From assembly GCF_009914755.1 (NCBI RefSeq), contig NC_060930.1: a stretch of 64,000 bases of DNA; one strand, given 5' to 3'. The position numbers and the translations under genes are program-made. The notes beneath the pieces were generated by a model that was not told the DNA's origin, did no database searches, and saw only the letters and a list, made by a program, of their open reading frames with translations. Positions within the stretch are counted from its first letter, which is position 1, and each line of letters begins with the position of its first letter. Positions 27,728 through 40,900 of the stretch are shown here, piece after piece. Source of the DNA: the human T2T-CHM13v2.0 reference genome, Homo sapiens.

Positions 27728-28271
27728 AAAGAAATGAAATATTTGTATATGATCTGAGTCATACCTAGGAGCAAACTTCAATGAACACATATTTCACCCA
27801 AATTGAGTAGGCTAATTGAACTATCCTGCCAGTGGGAAGGCACACAGTTAGTCTGCTCCTGGGCATAACCTGATCTGAGAGTGTAAGCATGAGTTTTGTG
27901 ATCTTAACATGGTCTTCTCTAATGTGAAGGTCACAACAATTCATAAGGAATGAGCTCCAAAACACAAGTTATATTATGTTAATGTTACTCTAGGATCAAA
28001 GAATGATGAGACACTCTTTAAGAGATGTTATTTGTTTATTAAGATGTGTGTATTTTAACATTTATGTGTAATTCAACCAAAATAGGCTTCCTCAATAAAC
28101 AGGGGGAACTAAAATTTTTTAAAAAAGGCTTTCTGTAAGTAGAACATTAGAAGAAACATATTAAGTTCACGCTTACACCCCCAGAGATCACAATATTCCC
28201 AGAAGCAGCTTAGCTGTGTGACTTCCAAAAGAACTCTGATAGTCATTAATTTAGTTTAAGTTTACTATGGC

Positions 28272-28653
28272 TGATACGGTTAGGCTTAGTGTCCCCACCC
28301 AAATCTCATCTTGTATTATAATCTCATCTTGAATTTGGGGAGAGACCTGGTGGAAAGTGATTGGATCCTGGGGACATTTTCCCCCATGCTGTTCTTGTAA
28401 TACTGAGTGAGTTCTCATGAGATCTGACCGTTTTACAAGGGAGTTTTCCTTACTCTTGCTCTCTCTCTCTCTCTCCTTCTCTCTCTCTCTCACTTGTCTG
28501 CTGCCATGTAAGACATGCCTCTTTCTCTTCCTCCATGATTGTAAGTTTCCTGAGGCCTCCCCAGGCATGTGGAAGTGTGAGTCAATTAAACCTCTTTATA
28601 AATTATCCAGTCCCGGGTATGTCTTTATAGCAGTGTGAAAACGGACTAATACA
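28272..28653 (+). mobile_element. THE1 (C/D-like) MaLR solo LTR
   Basis: tgatacggttaggc...gtccccacccaaatctcatc start, gtaagtttcctgaggcctcccca, caattaaacctc, acggactaataca end; 5-bp TSD atggc/atggt. Confidence 0.93.
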
Positions 28654-28739
28654 ATGGTTTTGAGTTACAGCTTCAGTTCATTAATTGTACTAAGTACACC
28701 AGTATTAGCTACATCAGTACATCCAAAGATAATTAAAAC

Positions 28740-28960
28740 TAATATTCATTGTCGGGATGTTAATATGAGCCAGACATTGTTCTAAAAAGTTTCCATGATA
28801 CTTTCAATCAATCTTTACAGCAGTTCTAGAAGGTAGATATTATTATTATCACCATTAAAGTTTGAGAAAATATAGAATGCATATTGAGTTAGTGAGACAC
28901 GTATTTGAAATTGAAAATCAAGGTTTATCAGACCAAAATGTGAATGATAAAACACTTTGG
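28740..28960 (-). mobile_element. MIR fragment
   Basis: atgagccagacattgttctaaaaag...aatctttacagcagttctagaaggtagatattattattatcaccatt. Confidence 0.65.
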
Positions 28961-29132
28961 TATGTTACTTTCTAAACTTGGTAATAAAATGAAACTACCA
29001 AACTCTCAGGAAAATGAAATATAGGGCAGAATACACCTTTAGTAATGTAAAATGGAAGCTATGAAATACTTACGTGCTCTATGCTACGTGTGTTGGTAAA
29101 ACAGTGTTCATCCAAAGTTAGTCTATGCATAC

Positions 29133-29285
29133 TGTCTTAGTCAGCTTGGGCTGAAATAATGAATTACCATAGACTGGGTGATTAAAATAATAGTCTTTAA
29201 TTTCTCACAGATCTGGAGGTTGAAAGTCCAAGATCAGAGTACCAGCATCATAGGGATCTTAATGAGCACCTTCTTTCTAGTATGT
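29133..29285 (-). mobile_element. MLT1A/B-like LTR fragment (3' end)
   Basis: tgtcttagtcagcttgggctg...taccatagactgggtg...tttctcacagatctggaggttgaaagtccaagatcagag. Confidence 0.8.
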
Positions 29286-31059
29286 ATAACTATATGATTA
29301 TAATTACACTTACAACCATATGACTATGATTATATTGACTGTAAAATTTTAGATAAACTTGAAAAAATTCAAACATTTTAATATTTTTTAAAACTTTATA
29401 ACTCTTGGTTGATGAATTATATAAAATACAATAACATAACTAAAGTTTTTCATTATGAGATATAAAGTAAACAAGAAATCAATAATAATGAGATGAATGC
29501 TTTGATGAAATATGAGGATAATGCATTAGCTATAAGTATCAATTTTGTATCCTCATGAAAGCAAGCCCTTTCAAATTCCATTCTGTATATATTCCAATTA
29601 AAGATTCCACTGTGTTTTGTGATCACTTCTATTACCACTCTTGCCAGGGACATGGAATATTATGATGGGGCAAATGTCATTATACGTCCATTCCTAAATT
29701 TTGGTTATGAGGTTTGGTTTTATGTGATTGAAAATTCTAGTAGAGTTGGACAGAGTTGGAGAGATTCTGATCTCAAAGGAAACCTATCCTTTGACAATAA
29801 ACTCATTTCCTCTTAAATGCAATTTCAAAAAGAACTAGTCCTATCACAATGCCACTGCCCATCATTAAAGGAGAATGAAAAGTTGAAAATGTATCCCTCT
29901 ATAAAAGTATATAGTTCATATCAATTATTTCATCAAATCTCTACTTTTCTGGTGGTGCTCATTCCTCCTCAATATCCAGTTAGTATACATCTTAACAAGA
30001 ATTAACCCATTCAGTGTAAGGCGGTTGAATGAAAATAGGATTACCAAAATAATAACTACAACTTTGTAAAGGAAGAAAAGAAGGCAAATACACTTGCCTG
30101 ATATTTTTCTCGTTAGGAAGAGCAATAATTTTCCAGGAAGTGGAGTGAATTTTTTTACTAGTCTATTTGTCCTTAACTGTACCCACTGGGCATATCTACT
30201 GTGTCCATTTATTGTTTTACATGTATATGACTGAGAGCTGCAACGTGGAAGAATTAATCTAATTATGTTGGTTGACAGATTATGTGATTAATAACTACTC
30301 CATGGATTAATACATTAAGCAAGAAATCTTATCTCGATATGATATTTGAATGTGGACCTTTTTCTATAGACTTCTAATTTAAAAGCTGGGTAATACTCAG
30401 ATTTCTAGGCTTCAATAATACGGATTCCTTCTTTATGAGTACCTCAGGATAATATGAAATGTTTTCCTCTTGATTGTATCCAAATATGTTGTCCTGAAGA
30501 TGGAGGTGTTCATGGGGCCTCCCAAGAGATCAGGCACCTTCCATTTTTCTGGTCCTAATGGCTACTGGTCCTCTATTATGCTTGTCTTTTCTGTACATTA
30601 CCTTCATTTCTAATGGATGCAGTTTTACACAGATAATTCAGGTTTTTTATTTCCATAAGGCACATAATTACCTGACTCTCAGCAATTTTTATTGCTGGGA
30701 CTGGGTGAGGGGAGTACTTGTACTGCACCTGCATGCTTTCCATTCATATTGGCAAACTTGGATCCAAACCATTATAAGAAACTCCTAAAACAACAGATTC
30801 CCAGATTTAAACCTTTTACATTTTTTATTTTCTTCCAAACTTCTAGTGTAATCTAAATTTAAAAATGTAAAAGGTAGGAATGTAACCAGCTTTTTTACTG
30901 CTACATTAAAAATGTTATCATAATCCAAGTCAGACAGGGAAATCTTTATTGCTACTTTTCTGAACTTGAATTCACCAGTTCTATAGAGTTTGCTCTTAGA
31001 ATATTCTGTGTCTGGTACAAATATTTCTGTATGTTTCTCGACAATGGCTGTTACATATA

Positions 31060-31600
31060 CATGACATTCAGGTTGAAATTGCTCAAAACTGAATAGACTA
31101 TATTCTTCATTGGTTCATATAACTGCAACTCCAGGAGAGGAAGTAGCCTCATATATAGGAGGATGCAGAGGTTTAAATAATGAAATCTGGCACCTATCCC
31201 TTCCTCTTCTCTCTTCCCAATCTCCCTCTTTTTTCCTCACCTCCTCCTTTTTCCCCCTCTGTCAGCTTTGCTTTCTTTTCTGTGTTGGCTTCATTTTCTC
31301 AAAGTACGTTTAGTGTTCTCCATTTGACCTTGAAATATAGCCATCAAAAGGAACAAATTTTATATCCTTTTGACCTAGTAACCTCTGGGAGTCCTGATAT
31401 TATCTTAATTGCATTTAATTACAGGGATTGGGTTTTATTAACTCTGCTTCATCTCAGAGTTCTTTTTTTCACCATGCACAGTGGTGTACTATGTTTGCAA
31501 GCCTGGAGCACCTATCCACCTTGAAATTTCTATAAATGACATGCTAAAGAGAAGGGGTTACTTTCTAAAGAAGATACCTTGGGCACAGACAACTAACAGT
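31060..31600 (-). mobile_element. Old MaLR LTR (MLT1J/K-like)
   Basis: attggttcatataactgcaactccagg, ggatgcagaggtttaaataatg, tgtgttggcttcattttctc motifs; heavily diverged. Confidence 0.5.
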
Positions 31601-31682
31601 GGCAAATTAGATGTAAAATGAATATTCAAAAAGGGATTAATATAAACTCATCATAAGCAAATACTTTTTAATCTCTTTAAGT

Positions 31683-31762
31683 ATAGGTCCTTGCAAAAGT
31701 AATTTCGGTTTTTGCGGTTACTTTCAATGACAAAAACCACAATTAATTTTGCATCAACCTAA
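31683..31762. mobile_element. MADE1 (Hsmar1-derived 80-bp MITE)
   Basis: ataggtccttgcaaaagtaatttcggtttttgcggttactttcaatgacaaaaaccacaattaattttgcatcaacctaa: 80 bp, near-palindromic, matches recalled MADE1 consensus; followed by TA. Confidence 0.92.
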
Positions 31763-32097
31763 TAATACTAATTACAAGTTATCTCTTTGACCTCTTACAT
31801 TTGCAAACATTTTTTGTGGATAGTAATAGAATGTGGTGACATGATTTAATAAAAGCTGTCATGCTTTTATTAGGTAAGAGTTACTTAACTTCTTTGGAAG
31901 TCTATTTGGAGGATGTATCAAGATCTTTAATAGTGTTCATTATTATAATTGAGCCATATATATACTTCCATTAGTCTAAGAGAAAAATCATAAGTAAACT
32001 GTAGTCTTACATAGACTGTTGTTCATTCTAGAATTATCTATCTCAATAAGTTGTAAATCCCTGAAGAATTTAAACATAAAAGGCTATAAATGCATAT

Positions 32098-32394
<297 letters not shown>

Positions 32395-32449
32395 AAAGGC
32401 TATGAATGCATAGAAATACTAAGGGAAAATTTAAGGATGAATAAGTGTA

Positions 32450-34460
32450 CTAAAATTATCTCTCAAAAAATTAGCATAAAACTTCATAACATATATACAT
32501 ATATTACTTAAAAACAGGAGACAAAAGTACATAAATGGGAATTGTAAAATGTTTTAACCCTCAGATAGTATCAGTAAACACAAATCATTCATGGTTAGTG
32601 AAAAACATATATAACAGAGAAAACAGAAAGATCTAAGTTAATAATGATATAGATATTATATACACATGAACAGAAAATTATGTTTTAAGATATTTGACAA
32701 ATTATATGCTAAAATATTTGGAAAATCAATGATAGGAATAATTTGAATGTTATATACTAAACACTGTGTGACATCTATATATCATAGTCTATAACAAACA
32801 CAAGGAAATAAATTTATAAGTAAAACTATGAATATAGATGAATACAATTCAAATAATATATGTAAAATCACAAATGAAAACAAAAAAATAATGATGCACC
32901 TGCAGAAATGTCAAATGTAAGACATCAGAAATAATACAACAGAGACAGCACATTTTACCTCCTTCAAAATAAAAAGTATAGAATCTCATAACAAAATACC
33001 TTACATTAATTAAATGAAAAAAATTGGTTTTTTATAATAGATAACACAATATATGTAATAAAAATTTTTGATTTACTCCTGATTTGAATAATAATCATTT
33101 TATTTTAGAAAACTAGAAATCAATGAATGTCTTTGACAAGATAAAAATAATTTAAAAAGCACACTCTAGAGTTATAGTTAATGTTGATCACCTAGAGGTA
33201 CCCAACATCAGATGAAATAATAATAAAATACAAATGTCCCTGCTATTACTAGTATTATTTTACAATTTTAGTATTTTAGTTTGCAATAAGTTAACAAATA
33301 TATCTATGAATTATACAATAAAAAGGAGGAAATAATATTATCATTTTTGGTAATGACATGATTTAATTGTACAGAAGCAGAAGACATTGAAGCTAATAAG
33401 AAAGATCAGTAAAGTGACTGATTAAAAAATAAACACAAAATTAGTAGTATTTCTAGACGGTGATAGAAATTGACTCGAATTTATAAAGAAAAAATGGTAG
33501 CAAAGCGTTAAGCATATTATATAACTAAGAATTACAAAAATAATATTGATGAGGAACTTCAGAAAACTATACTTGTAAATAAGATTTATGAGAAAATACC
33601 TAATAACATGCTTTTCCACAAAACAACTCAAATTTAATAAAATATTAATTGTTGTATTTACTCTAATTATAAAAATTATGATGAAAATAACTATGAATAC
33701 ATTTAACCTATTATATTGTTCTAAAACTAAACAAGCTTCACTATTTACATTTCTAAAAAAGAAGCAAAATAATATAGACGTACACCACCAACAATTGAAA
33801 TTATTCTAAGATCCTACTGAAAAATAATAGTTTTGTCTTTAGGAGGATGTTATGAATTTTTAAAAATTATTTACTTTACATGTGTGATACTCTATTTTTC
33901 TATAACCACTGTGTTCTTTGATAATTAAAATATGCATTATGAATAAAAATAATACCATTTATACATTCACAAAAAAACAGTGAACAGATAAGTCATATGA
34001 TAGAAATACCACTGACGATAAACAGAAAATATTTCAACTCATTGAAACAAAAAAAATCATTTTGATATAGTTTTCACTAGTCAAATTAGGAAATAAAATA
34101 TACAAGCCTAGCTAATTCTGGAGATGGGGCATAGGAAAAGTAAATTATAAATATTTTTTGAGATATTCTACCCTTGGGTAACTCTAATAATATGCTAAAT
34201 GAATACATTTGATTAATTCTGATCTAACTGAAAAAAAATCTATGTTTTCATTATGTAAAAATCAAAAGAATTGCACATCATTGTAAAAAGTGGTGTGACT
34301 TCAACCTTATTAAAAAGCATGCAAAAACACATAAACAGGAAGCACACATAACCAAAATGTTAATAGTGTTTACCTTTCAGTGGGCTACTGCTTTCCAAAC
34401 TTTTATTTTCCTTTTTTCAGTTTAAATTTTACCAACTTTTTATGCCATGCTTCTGTATTT
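32450..34460 (+). mobile_element. Decayed old L1 (L1ME-like) fragments
   Basis: Very A-rich; motifs agaaaactagaaatcaatgaat, acacaaaattagtagtatttcta, accaaaatgttaatagtgtttaccttt. Confidence 0.5.
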
Positions 34461-37355
34461 TTTACAATTTAAAAAGTAAAAATTGTCTTTACAATAGGCT
34501 ACTTGTTACATTTTACCTAGATCTGATTATAATAGATTAAAAGAACCAAAAAAAAAAAAAAACCAAGAAAATAAAATGGCTAGTTGAAATATCATATAGG
34601 CCATTATTTTGTTTAGAACTATTAAAAAATGTTTTCAATATTTGGCCAATTTGGCTGTGGATTTTAAAGCTGTATACATAATTATTCACAACAGAAAATA
34701 TCCATGTAAAATAAAACATATTTTATTTACCAAATAATCACATCTGAGAAATACTGGATTAGTACATACAGATCCCCAGCTATGGCAGGGCTCCACCATG
34801 GTTGAGGTAATTCAAATCCATCTCCTTTGAAGGAGTAGGTACTCTCTCCCTTGGTTAAACAAACAAAAATTAGAAGAGGTGAGAATACTTTTAAGTTAAT
34901 AAAGGTGGCTAAAAATGATTCCTACATTTCTGGTATTTTACTGCATTAAAAAAATCTATACGTTTAACTACATATAAGTCAATATAGATAGCTACTATGG
35001 CTACTAAAATCAATAATTAAGATGTACCTATGAAATATTGTGCTAAATGATTAAAGTTCAAAACATTAATGAAAATATCAAATGAATTTCTTTAATGATT
35101 GGGTTTATATCTTATACTTTAAAATATATTCTATGTAATGAACAATAATATTAATCACATTGAATCTGTATGCATTAACAAGATCTTGATTTTAAAATAT
35201 GAATTATCTATCTATTGGATAAATGTTCATTTACATCTTTAGGCTCTATTACAGTATTTAATAAATGGTTTATGCATTGGCAAATATAATATTATTTGAT
35301 AAACAACTATTAGAATATAGTTAATTATTTTCATTTTGGAGCAATTATTTAGTGAGTAACTAATATTTTATAGTAGAGGCTTTGCAAAGCTAGAGATCTG
35401 TAAAGTCTCTGTTGTTAGAAAATTAAGAAAATTATACTTTAATAAGCAATAATTTCAATAAAGTACCAGTTAATCAAAATATCTATTTGAATGTACATTG
35501 ATAAATGTTCAACTGCAGTACATTTTATTGAATATGAACCATATGTTAATAAAAATTTATATAAATCTAGATATTTTTATCTATTTATCATCTTCAAACC
35601 TATCAACTATTTAACTCTCATATTATTGTTTTTTAAAGAATAAAGTTTTCAATTACAGTTTTAACCCAACCTAATAATATAGGATGACTGGGGAAACTGC
35701 TTATTTCTTATATGCAAACTATTATTTTTTATCTCACTATAAATTAAGAATAAAATATCTTCAGTAAGTTCCCCCTACAAAACATATAATACGTGGCTAG
35801 CCACATCTTATGTACTGTTAATAAAATTCACAGCACATGCATTAAAGCCCAGCAACTATTTCCAAGCCTGTTAGAAATATGCTTCAGCAGTATATTTGCA
35901 TATTATGGATCCATTATTTATAAATACATCATAAAAATACATCGACAAAATATCAGCACATATGAAATTCTTTATAAACCTCAGTATCTCAATCTGGCTA
36001 AATGTTTATTTCATTTTACTGAAGAGTAAATGGCATTCAGAATGCTTGACATCAAAATCTTTTTCCATCTAAACCATGTGTAGGAGTAGGAGGTTGTTAA
36101 TACTGTACTTTTAATTTTTTTGAGGAGAGATAAAACTGTCTTGAGAGTACATAAAATATATTTAATTCCTTGGGTAGGTCTGAATTTTGTTGGGGAACAG
36201 ATTTTTGCAGCCAACTTTAAAAACCTGTAAATGAAATGGAAATTTAAAAAACCCACAACTGTTGGAGCCAAACTATAGAAGATAATGAATTCAAACCATA
36301 ACTTTTATGAAAAGTGTAAGTTAAAATTATTTTGATAATGTCTGAATATTAAAATCTGGCCAATGTTTTGCTATTGCTTCTTTTTTTATAATCATCCAAT
36401 TCTAAGGCTTTTCCCCTAAACTTAATTTTCTTATCCAGTTTTCATGTTCCTCCTCTATATTTCTTTATTTAGCATTTTCTTTTTCTCCTGCCATTTGCTA
36501 TTTGAAAGAAATTGCCAGTTTTCATCCTCTATTGATTTCAGTCTTCTCCCAACTCCTTCTATTGGGATTTTACATTAAATAAAAGCCTTTAAATAAATAC
36601 TTTTCTGTCTTCAAATAAATCGTTCAGTGGCATTTCCAGAAGAGAACAGTCTTACATACTTCGTTTTCTTTCTAATTATGGTGATCCATGAATTATACTT
36701 TATTTTCTTCTTTCTGATTATTGTAGACCATCTAAACCCTGGATCTATCAGTCTATTGAGAGACCCAGGTCCTAATCCCAATTCTGTGGAACAGTTTCTC
36801 TACCCTCTCTCTGCTAAATAAGGAATCAAAGTGATTTTCTGGATTGCCATTCTGTTCTGGAGCAGCCTGAACTTGGGAAACTGAAAGTGGAATTTCATTT
36901 CATCCACTGTAGAACCTGCAAAACAGTGTTGCACAAACTTCCTCCTACGGCAATACCTTAGTATTCTATACTATTTTCCATTCTGAGGTTGATCTAAATA
37001 TTAATGAAAGCATTTTTAGGATATGTAGGTGAAACAACGCCTATGTCTATACAAACATGTTGATATAAAGTAGTCTGTATTTAATTATAATAGGATAATA
37101 AGAAAAGAGTAAGACAAGATAATTTGTAAACAACATATTTCAATCAAGTGAAGCCCCATGTAGCTTTAGCAAGGATTTGGAAAAAGCTGTTGAAAGATGA
37201 GTCAACACATGGAGATGCACGGCACACAGTCAGGGCAAACTAAAAATCCTGTGAGTTAGCAATGGAGGCCAAATTTATCTTGTCACAAATTGTTTCATTC
37301 AGCAACATAACATGATACATCACATTAGAATGTTGCCATTAGTTTAGGTGTATTT

Positions 37356-38125
37356 TTTATTTTGTCCATTTTCTGTTGCTTATAACAGAATACATAGAAC
37401 TAAGTAACTTATGAAGAAAATAAATGTATTTCTTACAGTTATGAAGTCTGAGAAGTCGACCGACGAGGGGACACATTTTGTGAGAGCTCTCCTGCTATTG
37501 GGGACTGGTGGTGCACTGTATCACAAGCAGAGGGATATGAGTGTGCTAACATGCTAGCTTAGGTCTTTCTTCTTCTTCTTTTAGATCTACCAGTTTGCCT
37601 TCTGTGATAACTCATAAATCCATTAACCTGGCCTGGGCAGTAGTTCATGACGTAATCCCAGCACTTGGGGAAGTGAGGTGGGAGAATAGTTTGAGGCCAG
37701 GCGCTCAAGACAAGCCTAGGCAACATAGGGAGACACCATCTCTACAAAAAAAAAAAAAAAAAAAAAAAGTTTAAAAAATAGCCTAGTGTGCTGCTGCATG
37801 CCTCTATAGCTACTTGGGAGGAGTATTGAGGTAGGAAGATTGCTTGAGCCCACATGGTCAATGCTGCAGTAAGCCATGATTGTGCAACTACATTCCAGCC
37901 TGGTTGACAGAGTGAGATCCTGTCTCTTAAAAAAGAAAAAAAAAATCCACTAACCCATTAATCCATTTATCCATGAATGGATATACATCCATGAATGGAT
38001 TGATCCGTTTATGAAGGCAGACCTATTATAATCTAATCACTTCCTAATGGCCTGACCTCTCAATACTTCCAGATGGGCTATTAAGTTTCAACATGAGTTT
38101 CAGAGGAATCATTGAAACCACAGCA
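37356..38125 (-). mobile_element. MSTB-family MaLR solo LTR interrupted by an Alu
   Basis: gtccattttctgttgcttataacagaatac...tgctagcttaggtctttcttc before the Alu; aacccattaatccatt...attaagtttcaacatgagttt...aaaccacagca after it. Confidence 0.85.
37630..37942 (+). mobile_element. AluJ with long middle A tract and TSD
   Basis: AluJ-type caagacaagcctaggcaacatagggagac and gattgcttgagccc; TSD aaatccattaacc/aaatccactaacc. Confidence 0.93.
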
Positions 38126-38867
38126 AAAATGGTTTTATAGATTTTTAAAAATTTAAATTTATTTCATATTTTAATTGATGAAGCTTTAAAAGAATCCTAG
38201 TTTCATATTTATTCATATTTCAATAGCACTATGATAAAACAACTTAGAATAACATATGTAAGTAATTTTCTATTTCTAGAAGAATATATACATTTCTTGC
38301 CTAAAACACACAAATAAATAAAATGTTCTTGTTGGCAGAAGATTCTTTAAATGACCTACCCTGAATTTTCTGAGATAAGAGAGAAGCAACAAGCATAATG
38401 GGTACATTCGTTGTCATAATTTTTGGTCTTTGGAGTTTCAGCAACCTTTAGTATTTGTCATGGATCAAATAATTCCAATATTCAGATTCTGTTTAAGTCC
38501 TATACTTAATCTCTGACTGCTTCATGCTCAGCAAAATCTTGTACTTCACCGATACAGCTAAAGGAAACAAACAGACCCTCTCTTTCACCTTTTTCTCCAA
38601 ACAACTAAAGAGATCTCCCCTGCTTTCTTTTTTCCCCAGCAGTCATATTCTTGTAAGCCCATTATGGAATTTGGTGCACAAGATGTAAAAAAGCCATGGT
38701 ATCAATGACCCCTGCATCCTGACAGTATAATTCTCACTCAGTTAAATATTTTCTCCTCTTTTATTTTATTTAATGTGTATTGACATAAAATAAAATTTAC
38801 ACTCCTGAGACTTCATTCAAAGTTTACTTTTCCCTAACAATTTTAAAGAAAGAATATTATAACTACT

Positions 38868-39759
38868 TGTTTTAGTTTTCTATTGCTGCTATAACAAATT
38901 ATCACAAATTTAGCAGCTTAAAACAACATTCATTTAGCATCTCACAGTTTCTATGAGTCACAGTCTGGCAGAGCACGGCTCAGCTGCCTCCTTATCTCTG
39001 GATTTGAGACCTAAATCAAGATGTTGGCAGGGCTCTGTTCCTCTCTGGAGATTATGGAGATGAATCTCCTCCCAAGCTCATTCAAGTTGTTGGCAATATT
39101 TAGTTTCTTGCAGTTTTAGGACTGAGGTCTTTGTTTCCTTTCGGCTGTCAGTCATGGTGTGTTTGCTCTGAGAGGGTGCACACTTTACTTCTCAGGCTTT
39201 CCCTGTGGCCTGCTTCTCTCAGACATCTCTCTGATGGATTCTTCTGCTCTCCATTTTTTTTTTTTTTTTTTTAGACAGGATCTCACTCTGGCGCTCAGGC
39301 TGGAGTGCAGTGGCACAATTATGGCTCACTGAAGTCTCCACCTCTCCAGGCTCAGGTAATCCTCCCACCTCAGTCTCCTCCATAGTTTGGACTGCAGGCA
39401 CGTGCCACTCTACCCGGCTAATTTCAGTATTACAGTATTTTTTGTATAGATGGGGATTCACCATGTTGCCCAGGCTGGTCTCAAGCCATCCACCTGCCTA
39501 CGCCTTGGCCTCCCAAAGTGCTGGGATTACAGATGTGTGCCACCATGCCGGCCTTTCATTTGCTTTTAAGGGCCCATGTGATTACATCTGGCTCCCCTGG
39601 ATAGTCCAGGAAAATATTCCTATTCTCAGCTCAACTGATTAGTTGCAATAATTGGAAAATCCTTTCACAGCATTATCAAGATTTGTGTCCCCTGGTATGA
39701 CTGAATTACCAGGAGACATGAATCTTGGGTGAGGTTTGTTTATAATTTTGCCTTCCCCA
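38868..39759 (-). mobile_element. MLT1E-family MaLR solo LTR interrupted by an Alu
   Basis: ttttctattgctgctataacaaattatcacaaatttagcagcttaaaacaaca, caagctcattcaagttgttggc, gcttttaagggcccatgtgattaca. Confidence 0.8.
39254..39553 (-). mobile_element. AluJ (antisense)
   Basis: Poly-T then agacaggatctcactctg...ggctcaggtaatcctcccacctcag...cctcccaaagtgctgggattacag...atgccggcc. Confidence 0.93.
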
Positions 39760-39861
39760 TTCTGCTTGTCATCCACATGGTCAAAACATTAGGTAGAATA
39801 GCTATAATGATAATAACTAAGGTAAATGTCTATAAATTTCTCATAGGCTCAGATTAACCTG

Positions 39862-40045
39862 TTTATTCATTTCTTTATTTAGAAAATAATTATTGAGCAC
39901 CTATTTTGTGATAAGCACTATGATTGGCATTGATGATGTGGTGATTATAATACAGATATATTATTGTTTTTATCATTTACAGTCTATCATTTAATAAGCC
40001 GATGCATATTTAACAAATAATGGCACTTTATGAAGGAAAAGAATA
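39862..40045 (-). mobile_element. L2 3' end fragment
   Basis: ttcatttctttatttagaaaataattattgagcacctattttgtgataagcactatg. Confidence 0.65.
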
Positions 40046-40900
40046 GGGAAGGACCTAACAGGGATCCATAGTTGTTTTCACTAAATTGAATTTCTAGTAA
40101 ATTCCTTTACTTAAGTCAGTCATTGAATGCATTTCTGTCTGTAAAACTCCTCAAAGTTATCCATGTCTCTTCCACATATGCGCAACCTAACTCTCCCTTT
40201 GTATTTTTTTGATCATCAGCCCATAGTCACATAATACTTTCAAGATGCTGAACTCCTTGTAACTCTCTGAATATATGCAATCTACCTCAAACCTGTGCCC
40301 ACCTAGAGGCATCCTGAGCCATTGCTCTAATCATTACCTTAACTAACCATGCCCTGAACCCCTTTGACTTTGTCATTCTTCCATTTTCTGTTCTCCATAG
40401 CTTCTTGCAGATAACAATGCTATGGCAGGCAGAATCTTATAAATAATCTTCTCTTTCTCTACCCCAATATTGAGGGACTCAAAGGTAGGGACTATATCTT
40501 ATGTAATTTGAAATCACTAGTCCAGACTATAGAGAAAAGTCTAATCAAAGTTATCAATGAATTCTGAATCAAAAAGTAAAAGAAAAAAAGGAGAAGTCAT
40601 GGGGAGAGAGGAAGAAAAGAACAGACAGGAGGAGGGAAAGAGGGAAGGACACAAGAAGAAAGAGATTAAAAGAAGCAGCGTATACATCGGATTCTATAAA
40701 TCATATACTTATGTGCTTAGTTCCTACATAGCACTTTTCAGCGATTTAGTTGTAAAATATGCCTGTATTTTTAAAAATCACATTTATATAATTTTACAGG
40801 TGGATATCACAGATAAAAATTTGTTAATGTTGAAAAATGTTTAAGACTGTTCTGCTACTATAAATCTTTAAGAGATTACTATGTACTGCTGAATTACTAT

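Noticed and set aside
37969-38000. Repeated near-palindrome atccatgaatggat
   Set aside because: Derived from the intrinsic ccattaat/atccat repeats of MSTB-type LTRs.
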